Source of the DNA: a virus
Taxonomy: Duplodnaviria > Caudoviricetes
IMG/VR virus record: IMGVR_UViG_3300027159_000005
Location: 1 to 38,701 of that record
DNA: 38,701 nucleotides
Reading direction: 5' to 3' (one strand)
Part shown: one piece after another, positions 16,721 through 25,627 of the stretch
How positions within the stretch are numbered: the stretch's first letter is position 1
Layout: every line of letters starts with the position of its first letter
Translations under genes and position numbers: made by a program
The notes under the pieces: model-generated
Seen by the model: the letters and a program-made list of their open reading frames with translations, nothing else
Told to the model about the DNA's origin: nothing
Databases searched by the model: none

Positions 16721-16897
16721 ATGGATAACGTTAAAAACAAAGCATCAGGTCAGAGCGCTATATGGGATGGGCCATTAAACTTAGAATCATTGCCTCAAGG
16801 TAAAGGATCTAGTTCAGGTAAATACGGAATGGAAATTTCTAAAGCGCACTGTGGGTGTAGCTCTATGAAAGGACCTATCACACAACGAGCTAAATAG
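16721..16897 (+). CDS. Small hypothetical protein (58 aa, MDNVKNKASGQSAIWDGPL...)
   Basis: Hand-translated; A-rich leader; fills a gap; not in the ORF track. Confidence 0.7.
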   Translation: MDNVKNKASGQSAIWDGPLNLESLPQGKGSSSGKYGMEISKAHCGCSSMKGPITQRAK

Positions 16898-16903
16898 TAA
16901 GCT

Positions 16904-17050
16904 ATGCTAGCTCAGGATGTAAAATTATACGCAATAAACCTTGCCACTATGGCGGTAACTATGACTAATATAGAAGTATATTTAAAAATATTATTACTAC
17001 TGGTAACTATAGGTTATACGTTATCTAAGTGGGTTAAATTAAAAGAATAA
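16904..17050 (+). CDS. Small membrane protein (48 aa), possibly holin-like
   Basis: Hand-translated MLAQDVKLYAINLATMAVTMTNIEVYLKILLLLVTIGYTLSKWVKLKE; hydrophobic segments and a basic tail. Confidence 0.7.
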   Translation: MLAQDVKLYAINLATMAVTMTNIEVYLKILLLLVTIGYTLSKWVKLKE

Positions 17051-17053
17051 GAT

Positions 17054-17329
17054 ATGGCATACAAACAATCCCCTTTAAATATAAAGGAAGCCGCTTACGA
17101 AAAATCAAATCGTAAGATGCGAAAAGAAAACCCCGGTATGGGTAAACGTTTAACAAAAGGAACTAGTCCTCGTAGAGTTTCATTTGCCTGCAGGTTTGCG
17201 GGAATGAAAGGAGCTATGAAAGATTCAAAAGGAGAACCTACTAAAAAAGCAATGGCTTTAAAAAAATGGGGATTTGGTAGTGTAGGCGCCGCAAGTAATT
17301 TTTGTCAAAAAAATAAATCTAAAAAGTAA
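17054..17329 (+). CDS. Small basic phage protein, DUF6321-like (91 aa)
   Basis: RRVSFACRFAGMKG...KAMALKKW resembles the RRKSFCARM...ALRKW family of marine phages. Confidence 0.7.
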   Translation: MAYKQSPLNIKEAAYEKSNRKMRKENPGMGKRLTKGTSPRRVSFACRFAGMKGAMKDSKGEPTKKAMALKKWGFGSVGAASNFCQKNKSKK

Positions 17330-17335
17330 ATAATT

Positions 17336-17500
17336 ATGAATTCGTACAACGAGCAAGAAAAGAAAAACTTAATTAAAGACAATCCTGTTGCAGACAAAGG
17401 ATCTGCTATTAAAAACCTTAACAAAGGATATGGATCTGAATTAGGTAAATCTCCACTAGCCATGAAAGGTTCTTGGATGTCTAAGCACTGTAAAAAGTAA
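17336..17500 (+). CDS. Small basic hypothetical protein (54 aa, MNSYNEQEKKNLIKDNPV...SWMSKHCKK)
   Basis: Hand-translated; fills a gap with 4-6 nt spacers. Confidence 0.7.
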   Translation: MNSYNEQEKKNLIKDNPVADKGSAIKNLNKGYGSELGKSPLAMKGSWMSKHCKK

Positions 17501-17504
17501 GTTA

Positions 17505-17816
17505 ATGGCTTTTAAATTACAAAATCCTCCATACGCTATAGATAACACACCTATTTATAGCGTAGATATGGAAGACGGCGTTTTAGGGAAAGCTAATAAT
17601 AATGGTACTATTGTTATAAACAATAATTTATCACCAGCCAAATTAAACAGTGTTATAAATCACGAAAAGGTGCATATAGATCAAATGAAGCGCGGTGATT
17701 TAGATTACGACGATAACAATGTGTACTGGAAAGGAAAAAAATATTCAAGAGCTCAAATGAAAGAAGGAGCTAAAAACTTACCTTGGGAAGCTGAGGCATA
17801 TAAAAAAGCAAAATAA
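17505..17816 (+). CDS. Minimal zincin-like metallopeptidase (103 aa)
   Basis: HEKVH (HExxH) plus downstream PWEAEA, a candidate third ligand. Confidence 0.8.
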   Translation: MAFKLQNPPYAIDNTPIYSVDMEDGVLGKANNNGTIVINNNLSPAKLNSVINHEKVHIDQMKRGDLDYDDNNVYWKGKKYSRAQMKEGAKNLPWEAEAYKKAK

Positions 17817-17818
17817 TT

Positions 17819-18061
17819 ATGGCATTTAAAATAAAAAGATTTATTTCTGCATCGCCAATAAAAGCAATTGAAGGCCCTGGAGATAAAGTAGAAATGAGAA
17901 CAGACGCTGAGATATTAAAACAATATCCAGGAGCTGTTAAAGTTAAAGGTAAGCTTAATGAGTTTAAATACAAAGGGGCTACATTAACCCCTGCTAGATA
18001 CCCATCTAAAAATAAAGGAAAAACAGTTAAGCAAGCTATAAAGATAAAAAATCAAAAATAG
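17819..18061 (+). CDS. Small basic hypothetical protein (80 aa)
   Basis: ORF track; MAFK start shared with its neighbour. Confidence 0.7.
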   Translation: MAFKIKRFISASPIKAIEGPGDKVEMRTDAEILKQYPGAVKVKGKLNEFKYKGATLTPARYPSKNKGKTVKQAIKIKNQK

Positions 18062-18462
18062 TGAAAAAAATATTAGAATTTTTCAGTACTAAAGTATTCA
18101 AACAAGTTGGTGATGTGGTTGATAAGCTATTCACTAGCGAAGAAGAAAGATTAAATGCTAGAAATGAAATATTCAAAGTATTGCAAGATGCTCAATTAGA
18201 ATTGCAAAAAATGCAGACTGAGATTATTGTAGCAGAAGCTAAAGGTAATTGGCTACAAAGAAGCTGGAGACCTATATTAATGCTTTCGTTTGGTTTTATA
18301 ATTATATATACTAAATTCATATCGCAGCTGTCTACAAGACTTGTAACACCTGTTTTAGAGCCTGAATTTTGGCAGCTATTAGAAATAGGTATTGGAGGTT
18401 ATGTAATTGGTAGAAGTGGTGAAAAGATAGTAGATAAGCTAGGACCTTTATTTAAAAAGTAA
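18061..18462 (+). CDS. Holin of the 3TM (gene-transfer-agent type) family (133 aa, GTG start)
   Basis: DKLFTSEEER, coiled coil, SWRP followed by TM segments, GGYVIGRSGEK. Confidence 0.8.
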   Translation: MKKILEFFSTKVFKQVGDVVDKLFTSEEERLNARNEIFKVLQDAQLELQKMQTEIIVAEAKGNWLQRSWRPILMLSFGFIIIYTKFISQLSTRLVTPVLEPEFWQLLEIGIGGYVIGRSGEKIVDKLGPLFKK

Positions 18463-18486
18463 AAAGATTAAAAACAAGTAATAATA
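18459..18486 (+). promoter_or_regulatory. Putative late promoter, copy 3
   Basis: GTAAAA-N10-CAAGTAATAATA ahead of the packaging/head module. Confidence 0.6.
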
Positions 18487-18517
18487 GTAATAACAGTAAC
18501 CAATTAAATTAAATAAA

Positions 18518-18775
18518 ATGGGAAAATTAACAGATGAACAATTAAAGTCTATCAAAGACGCAACAGGAAAAATGAACTCTATACTTACGGAAGTAGGATT
18601 TTTAGAGGCAAAAAAAGCAGAATACCTAGCAGCACATTTCGAAACTGCAAAAGAATTAGATGGTATCAAAGCTGAAATCAGAGAAGAGTATGGTGACATT
18701 ACTGTAAACTTAGCTGATGGTACTTATGAAGAAGCTAAGCAAGAAGAAACAAAAACTCTTGAGATAGCGGAATAA
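18518..18775 (+). CDS. Small coiled-coil hypothetical protein (85 aa)
   Basis: Helical heptad pattern; EEYGDITVNLADG C-terminus. Confidence 0.75.
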   Translation: MGKLTDEQLKSIKDATGKMNSILTEVGFLEAKKAEYLAAHFETAKELDGIKAEIREEYGDITVNLADGTYEEAKQEETKTLEIAE

Positions 18776-19002
18776 TGAGTTCTGTTGTAAGAAAAATAAG
18801 TATAGGTTCTGACTATAAGAATGACGCTATGCACTATTCAGTAGGGCAAAACGTTTATGGTGGACATACTATAGATTGCATACTACATGATACACAATCT
18901 AATTCTTACAGTATTTACATAAAGAAAGGAAATGAGGTAATGCCATGGAAGAAGTTTAATTCTAACATGGCAATATCCGTTGAGTATGATTTAGAATATT
19001 AA
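18775..19002 (+). CDS. Hypothetical protein (75 aa)
   Basis: ORF track; translationally coupled (TAATG). Confidence 0.75.
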   Translation: MSSVVRKISIGSDYKNDAMHYSVGQNVYGGHTIDCILHDTQSNSYSIYIKKGNEVMPWKKFNSNMAISVEYDLEY

Positions 19003-19608
19003 ATGAGAAGTCTATACGATTTTATCGTCAAACCTATTGGCGATAGATACGATAACAAAATAAAGCTAGGCGACGTTACATTAATACTAAACACTAAAAT
19101 TGAAGACTTTAAGTCTGTAAACAATTTAGCTATAGTGGTTGAAACACCAAAAGCTTTTAAAACAAATATAAAAAAAGGAGACATAATAATAATACATCAT
19201 AATGTATTTAGAGTTTTTTATGACATCCGAGGTAATAAGAAAAGAAGTAGATCTCATTTTAAAGATGACTTACACTTTTGTTCGGCAGATCAAATATATT
19301 TGTATAAAAATACAGGGGATTGGAAATCATTTGGAGACAGATGCTTTGTAATGCCTTTAAAAAACAAAGACACTTTAAGATCACAAAAAGAGCAAGACCT
19401 TATTGGTATATTAAAAATAGGTAATAGTTCTTTAAAAGCGCTTAATATCAATCCAGGGGACACAGTAGGGTTTACACCCGGCAGTGAATGGGATTTTATA
19501 ATAGACGATCAAAGAGTTTATTGTATGAAATCTAATGATATTGTAATTAAGTATGAACACAAAAGAAACCAAGAAGAATATAATCCTAGCTGGGCAAAAA
19601 GCAGTTAA
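19003..19608 (+). CDS. Tandem double GroES-like protein (201 aa)
   Basis: Two Cpn10-like units: LYDFIVKP...IKKGDIIII and FGDRCFVMP...INPGDTVGF...YCMKSNDIV. Confidence 0.6.
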   Translation: MRSLYDFIVKPIGDRYDNKIKLGDVTLILNTKIEDFKSVNNLAIVVETPKAFKTNIKKGDIIIIHHNVFRVFYDIRGNKKRSRSHFKDDLHFCSADQIYLYKNTGDWKSFGDRCFVMPLKNKDTLRSQKEQDLIGILKIGNSSLKALNINPGDTVGFTPGSEWDFIIDDQRVYCMKSNDIVIKYEHKRNQEEYNPSWAKSS

Positions 19609-19828
19609 GGAGTTAATTAAAGTGGCAGAAGAAAAGATCGTTGACTCAGAAGATGATTTATCAGCTGACAGACTTAAAAATGCTGCCGCAACAAAAAAAT
19701 TAGCTATATTCGATGCTTTTGAAATACTTGCTAGAATAGAAGAGGAGGATGAAAGATTAAATGAAAACCCCAAAGAAGCTAAAGAAGAAAAAGCTTTTAG
19801 AGGTTTTGCAGAAGGAAGATCTAGATAA
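19553..19828 (+). CDS. Putative terminase small subunit (91 aa)
   Basis: Small helical protein coupled immediately upstream of the large terminase; positional inference. Confidence 0.5.
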   Translation: MNTKETKKNIILAGQKAVKELIKVAEEKIVDSEDDLSADRLKNAAATKKLAIFDAFEILARIEEEDERLNENPKEAKEEKAFRGFAEGRSR

Positions 19829-22038
19829 TGTACGAACAAACCTTAGTAGCAGTATTAAAAGACTATATTAAACCTAAGATATTAAAAAGGTTAAACAGGT
19901 ATAAGAAATGGGAGTACGGTTATAACGAAGAGCACGATGTAGTTGTGATCAGTAGAACCGGACAAATAGGAGAGGTTTACGAAATACAAGGAATAAAAAT
20001 AGCATTGCCAAAAGAAAATGATGTTATTGAATTTGAAGGCAACAAGTGGAAACACACGGAATACCCAAAAGAGCTTTCAAAGATAAAATCGGTATTTGAT
20101 TGGGACGAATACCCTTCACAGTTTAAAGAAAAGTGGTATGACTATATTGATACAGAATTTAAAAGGCGTGAAGAAGGTTTTTGGTTTTTTAATAAAGACA
20201 AGCCTTCTTATATTACTGGTACTCACTACATGTACTTGCAGTGGTCCAAAATTGATGTTGGGGCAGCAGACTTTAGGGAGTCAAACAGATTATTCTTTAT
20301 ATTCTGGGAAGCTTGTAAAGCAGATGTACGTTGTTACGGAATGTGCTATCTTAAGAACAGACGGTCAGGGTTTTCTTTCATGGCCTCAGGCGAAACGGTT
20401 AATCAAGCTACAATATCCACAGACTCACGATTTGGTATTCTTTCAAAGTCCGGGCCAGATGCCAAAAAGATGTTTACTGATAAAGTGGTACCCATCTCGG
20501 TTAATTATCCCTTCTTCTTCAAACCAATCCAGGACGGTATGGACAGGCCGAAGACGGAACTTGCGTACAGAGTTCCCGCGTCCAAATTTACGAGAAAAAA
20601 GCTTGACACCAATGAGAAGCTACAAGAGATCACCGGGCTCGATACAACGATCGACTGGAAAAACACCGGGGACAACTCGTACGACGGTGAAAAATTAAAA
20701 CTATTAGTCCACGATGAAAGTGGTAAATGGGAAAGACCTACAAACATATTAAATAACTGGAGGGTTACAAAAACCTGTTTGAGATTAGGTTCAAAAATTA
20801 TAGGTAAGTGTATGATGGGTTCAACATCAAATGCTTTAGATAAAGGTGGCGAGAACTTTAAAAAACTATACTATGACTCCGACGCAACAAAAAGAAATGC
20901 AAATGGACAGACTCGTTCGGGACTCTATAGCTTGTTCATTCCTATGGAATGGAACTACGAAGGCTACATTGATTCTTATGGATTTCCTGTATTTGAAACG
21001 CCAAAAAAACCAGCTGAAGGGCCTGACGGATCACCTATAAAACAAGGTGTAATTGAATACTGGAACAATGAAGTTGAAGGATTAAAAGGAGATCAAGATG
21101 GTTTAAATGAATACTATCGTCAGTTTCCAAGAACAGAGCAACACGCTTTTAGAGACGAAGCAAAGCAATCTCTGTTTAACTTAACAAAGATATACGAACA
21201 AATAGATTATAACGAAGACCTTAGGAATACATCGATAATAACCACTGGAAGTTTTATGTGGGAAAACGGTATAAAAGACACTAAGGTAATATTTGTACCA
21301 AACAAAAATGGTAGGTTCAACGTTAGTTGGGTACCGCCTTTACAGATGCAAAACAGAGTTATAGTGAAAGGTAATACAAAATATCCGGGTAACGAGCACT
21401 GTGGTGCTTTTGGATGTGATAGCTATGATATATCAGGTACAGTTGACAAGAGAGGTTCTAACGGAGCTTTGCACGGTTTAACTAAGTTTAGCATGGAAGA
21501 TGTTCCGCCTAATAGATTCTTTTTAGAATATATAGCTAGACCACAAACTGCTGAGATATTTTTTGAAGACGTATTAATGGCTTGCATATTTTACGGTATG
21601 CCAATACTTGCGGAAAACAATAAACCTAGATTACTGTATCATTTCAAAAGAAGAGGCTATAGAGGCTTTTCAATGAACAGGCCTGATAAAAGATTAAACA
21701 AATTATCTATAACTGAAAGAGAAATAGGTGGTATACCGAACTCTAGTGAAGATATTAAACAAGCACACGCTGCAGCTATAGAATCATATATAGAAACTTG
21801 TGTTGGACGAACAGAAGCTGGTTATGGTGATATGTACTTTCAAAGAACATTAGAAGACTGGGGTAAATTCAATATAAACAATAGAACAAAGCATGATGCT
21901 TCTATAAGTTCTGGTTTAGCAATAATGGCTTGTAACAAAAACCTATATTCACCGGTTAGTCCAGTGCAAAAAAAGGTTTACGATTTAGGAATTAAAAGAT
22001 ATGACAATAGAGGTTCTACGTCTAAAATATTAAGATAA
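19828..22038 (+). CDS. terL: Terminase large subunit (736 aa)
   Basis: KNRRSGFS Walker-A variant, LLVHDE Walker B, MGST motif III, FGCDSYD and HDASIS RNase H-like nuclease motifs. Confidence 0.92.
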   Translation: MYEQTLVAVLKDYIKPKILKRLNRYKKWEYGYNEEHDVVVISRTGQIGEVYEIQGIKIALPKENDVIEFEGNKWKHTEYPKELSKIKSVFDWDEYPSQFKEKWYDYIDTEFKRREEGFWFFNKDKPSYITGTHYMYLQWSKIDVGAADFRESNRLFFIFWEACKADVRCYGMCYLKNRRSGFSFMASGETVNQATISTDSRFGILSKSGPDAKKMFTDKVVPISVNYPFFFKPIQDGMDRPKTELAYRVPASKFTRKKLDTNEKLQEITGLDTTIDWKNTGDNSYDGEKLKLLVHDESGKWERPTNILNNWRVTKTCLRLGSKIIGKCMMGSTSNALDKGGENFKKLYYDSDATKRNANGQTRSGLYSLFIPMEWNYEGYIDSYGFPVFETPKKPAEGPDGSPIKQGVIEYWNNEVEGLKGDQDGLNEYYRQFPRTEQHAFRDEAKQSLFNLTKIYEQIDYNEDLRNTSIITTGSFMWENGIKDTKVIFVPNKNGRFNVSWVPPLQMQNRVIVKGNTKYPGNEHCGAFGCDSYDISGTVDKRGSNGALHGLTKFSMEDVPPNRFFLEYIARPQTAEIFFEDVLMACIFYGMPILAENNKPRLLYHFKRRGYRGFSMNRPDKRLNKLSITEREIGGIPNSSEDIKQAHAAAIESYIETCVGRTEAGYGDMYFQRTLEDWGKFNINNRTKHDASISSGLAIMACNKNLYSPVSPVQKKVYDLGIKRYDNRGSTSKILR

Positions 22039-24447
22039 ATGAAAATACAAACAAATACTGATAGTTCTTTCCCTAACCAGGTTGTTAGCGACGAAGTAAA
22101 AGCTAGTTATGATTACGGCTTGCAAGTCTCTAGAGCTATTGAACAAGAATGGTTCAATCAAGGAAGAGGTAACGGTAATAGATACTTAAATAATTGGAAT
22201 AGCTTTCATTCACTACGTTTATACGCAAGAGGAGAGCAATCAATACAAAAGTATAAAGATGAATTGTCTATAAACGGTGATTTATCTTATCTTAATTTAG
22301 ATTGGAAACCCATTCCGGTTATATCAAAATTTGTTGATATTGTTGTAAATGGAATGTCAAATAAATCGTATGATATAAATGCTTTTGCTCAAGATCCATT
22401 TTCTGTGAAAAGCAGGACTGATTACGCTGCAGCAGTGGAACAAGACATGCTTACTAAGGAAGCTTTGTTAAATATAAAGCAAAATTTAGGTATGGATTTT
22501 TCTAGAACAGGTGATTTAGAAAGCTTACCTGAAAATAGAGAAGAGTTAGACGTGCATTTACAAATGACTCCTAAGCAAAACGTAGAGATTGCAGAAGAAG
22601 AAGTTATAAGTAACGTATTAGCATTTAACAAGTACGATCAAATAAAAAAACGCTTAGCGCACGATTTAACTACTATAGGTATTGGAGCTGTTAAAACGTC
22701 ATTTAATAAAGCAGAGGGAATAGTTACTGATTATGTTGATCCTGCTAATATGATTTATTCATATACAGAGCATCCAAACTTTGAAGATATATATTATGTA
22801 GGTGAGGTAAAATCCATATCATTAGCTGAACTTAAAAAACAGTTTCCATCGTTATCAGCTTCAGAATTAGAAAAGATACAAGATATGCCAGGTAATTCAC
22901 AGTATGTAACAAACTGGGGAAATTATGATGGTAATACCATACAAGTTTTATACTTTGAATACAAAACATATTCAGATCAAGTATTCAAAATAAAGAAAAC
23001 AGATCAAGGGTTAGAAAAAACGTTAGAAAAGCCTGACACATTTAATCCACCAGCTAATGATAACTTTGAAAGAATATCTAGAACAATAGAAGTTTTATAT
23101 ACTGGAGCAAAAGTATTAGGTACAAATATTATGTTAGAATGGAAGCTAGCAGAAAATATGACAAGGCCTACAGCTGATACTACAAAAGTAATGATGAATT
23201 ATTGTATATCAGCACCTAGAATGTATAAAGGACGTATAGAATCTATAGTTAGTAAAATTACTAGCTTTGCTGATATGATCCAAATAACGCATCTTAAATT
23301 GCAGCAAGTAATGTCTAGGATAGTACCAGATGGTGTATTCTTAGATATGGATGGTTTAGCTGAAGTTGATTTAGGTAATGGCACAACATACAATCCAGCT
23401 GAGGCATTGAACATGTATTTCCAAACAGGTTCCGTTGTAGGTAGATCACTTACTCAAGACGGTGAATTGAATAGAGGTAAAGTACCTGTGCAAGAATTAT
23501 CATCATCTAGTGGTCAAGCAAAAATACAAAGTTTAATAGGCACATACCAGTATTATTTACAAATGATAAGAGATGTAACTGGATTAAACGAAGCAAGAGA
23601 CGGAAGCGCTCCTCATAAAGATTCATTAGTAGGTTTACAAAAAATGGCAGCTAATGCTTCTAACATCGCAACAAAACACGTATTGGACTCTTTGTTATAC
23701 TTAACAGTTAGAACGTGTGAAAATATAAGTTTAAAAGTTGCTGATGTTATTGAAAACCCTTTAACAGAAAATGCTTTAACAAACGCTATAAGCACGTTTA
23801 ATACAAAAACCCTTGAGGAGTTAATGAACTTGCAGTTACATGACTTTGGTATTTATTTAGAGCTAGAGCCGGAAGAGGAAGATAAAGCTTTATTAGAGCA
23901 AAACATACAGGTTGCGCTGCAAACACAGGCAATAGCTTTGTCTGATGCAATTGATATTAGACAAATAAAAAATATAAAGTTAGCTAATCAATTCTTGAAG
24001 CTTAGACAAACTCAGAAAATAAAAAGAGAACAAGAACAACAACAAGCTAATATACAAGCACAAGCACAAGCAAACGCTGAGGCATCTGAAAAAGCTGCAA
24101 TGGCTGAGGTACAAAAACAACAAGCACTTACTCAAGAAAAAGTAAGTATAGAACAAGCTAAGTCGCAGTTTGAAATACAAAGAATGCAAACTGAAGCTCA
24201 AATAAAAAAGCAGTTAATGGCTGAAGAGTTCAACTTTAATATGCAGCTAGCTCAAGTAAGAGCAAATGCGGAAGGAAGTAAAGAAAAAGAAATTGAAGAT
24301 AGAAAAGATAAAAGAATAAAGATGCAAGGATCTCAACAGTCTGAGTTAATACAACAAAGACAAACAGAAGGATTACCTAAAAACTTTGAATCATCAGGAA
24401 ACGATGTGTTAGGTGGATTTGGAATAGAAGAGTTCGGTCCTAGCTAA
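22039..24447 (+). CDS. Portal protein (802 aa)
   Basis: Follows terL; size; VISKFVDIVV and IRDVTGLNEARDG motifs; Q-rich coiled-coil barrel at the C-terminus. Confidence 0.85.
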   Translation: MKIQTNTDSSFPNQVVSDEVKASYDYGLQVSRAIEQEWFNQGRGNGNRYLNNWNSFHSLRLYARGEQSIQKYKDELSINGDLSYLNLDWKPIPVISKFVDIVVNGMSNKSYDINAFAQDPFSVKSRTDYAAAVEQDMLTKEALLNIKQNLGMDFSRTGDLESLPENREELDVHLQMTPKQNVEIAEEEVISNVLAFNKYDQIKKRLAHDLTTIGIGAVKTSFNKAEGIVTDYVDPANMIYSYTEHPNFEDIYYVGEVKSISLAELKKQFPSLSASELEKIQDMPGNSQYVTNWGNYDGNTIQVLYFEYKTYSDQVFKIKKTDQGLEKTLEKPDTFNPPANDNFERISRTIEVLYTGAKVLGTNIMLEWKLAENMTRPTADTTKVMMNYCISAPRMYKGRIESIVSKITSFADMIQITHLKLQQVMSRIVPDGVFLDMDGLAEVDLGNGTTYNPAEALNMYFQTGSVVGRSLTQDGELNRGKVPVQELSSSSGQAKIQSLIGTYQYYLQMIRDVTGLNEARDGSAPHKDSLVGLQKMAANASNIATKHVLDSLLYLTVRTCENISLKVADVIENPLTENALTNAISTFNTKTLEELMNLQLHDFGIYLELEPEEEDKALLEQNIQVALQTQAIALSDAIDIRQIKNIKLANQFLKLRQTQKIKREQEQQQANIQAQAQANAEASEKAAMAEVQKQQALTQEKVSIEQAKSQFEIQRMQTEAQIKKQLMAEEFNFNMQLAQVRANAEGSKEKEIEDRKDKRIKMQGSQQSELIQQRQTEGLPKNFESSGNDVLGGFGIEEFGPS

Positions 24448-24474
24448 TAAACAATTATTTAATTATATTATATT

Positions 24475-25611
24475 ATGTCAGAAGTAAAACAAGAAGGGGA
24501 TTTTAAAATTAAATCCAAGAAAACAAGTCCTAAGCAATTAGGCAATCAATCTAACGAGCCTATAAAGGTTAACATAGATGAAGTAAAAGAACCAGTAGCT
24601 GAAGAAGTTGCTAAGGTAGTAATACCAGAGGTTAAAGAAGATACTATTGAAGAACCCGTTGTAGTTGTTAACGATACACCTGAAGTAGCTGAAGAAGATG
24701 GTATTATAGAAATTGTAGACGAAGACGATGATACACCTCCGAATAATCAATTACAAAAAGCTACTGAAGAATACAAGCAAGTGGCGGAGCAAAGAGTACT
24801 ACCTGAAAACATAGACAAACTTGTTACTTTTATGGAAGAGACAGGTGGATCAGTGGAAGACTACGTTAGGTTAAATGCAGACTACTCAAGTGTTGATGAC
24901 AAAACACTATTAAAAGAATATTACAAACAAACAAAACCTTATCTAGAATCAGATGACGTTAGCCTACTATTAGAAGACTACGATTATGACGAAGACCTAG
25001 ACGAGGAAAGAGATATACGCAAAAAGAAAATTGCGTTTAAAGAAGAAGTTGGAAAAGCTAAAAGCTTTTTAGAAAAAACCAAGAGTAAATATTACGACGA
25101 AATCAAGTTGAGACCCGGCGTTACTCAGGAACAACAAAAAGCAACAGAGTTTTTCAACCGATACCAAGAAGATCAGAGAATAGCTGAGCAACAGCACTCG
25201 GACTTTAAATCAAAAACAAATGATTACTTTACTAACGAATTCAAAGGTTTTGATTTCAATGTAGGTAAGAAAAAGTTTAGATATGGTTTACAAGATCCTA
25301 ATAAAGTTGCAGAGAACCAATCAAGCATTAACAATTTCGTAGGAAAGTTTCTTGACGATAGCGGTAATATAAAAGACACGAAAGGTTATCATAAAGCTAT
25401 TTACATTGCTTCAAATGCTGACAAAATTATTAATCATTTTTATGAACAAGGAAGAACAGATGCTACTAAAGAAATAGTTAGTAGTTCTAAAAATCCAAGC
25501 ACAGAGCCAAGACAAACTACCTCTGGTGAGTTTGTAAACGGAATAAAAGTTAAGTCAATAAGCGGTCCTGATTCTTCTAAACTTAAAATTAAAACAAAAA
25601 AATTTAACTAA
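24475..25611 (+). CDS. Putative capsid scaffolding protein (378 aa)
   Basis: Acidic low-complexity N-terminus and helical body; lies between portal and capsid genes. Confidence 0.65.
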   Translation: MSEVKQEGDFKIKSKKTSPKQLGNQSNEPIKVNIDEVKEPVAEEVAKVVIPEVKEDTIEEPVVVVNDTPEVAEEDGIIEIVDEDDDTPPNNQLQKATEEYKQVAEQRVLPENIDKLVTFMEETGGSVEDYVRLNADYSSVDDKTLLKEYYKQTKPYLESDDVSLLLEDYDYDEDLDEERDIRKKKIAFKEEVGKAKSFLEKTKSKYYDEIKLRPGVTQEQQKATEFFNRYQEDQRIAEQQHSDFKSKTNDYFTNEFKGFDFNVGKKKFRYGLQDPNKVAENQSSINNFVGKFLDDSGNIKDTKGYHKAIYIASNADKIINHFYEQGRTDATKEIVSSSKNPSTEPRQTTSGEFVNGIKVKSISGPDSSKLKIKTKKFN

Positions 25612-25627
25612 AAAAAATTAAAAAATT

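Noticed and set aside
20096-20698. 200-aa alternative-frame ORF inside terL
   Set aside because: Coincides with a locally GC-richer ATPase segment that has fewer off-frame stops; no motif or leader.
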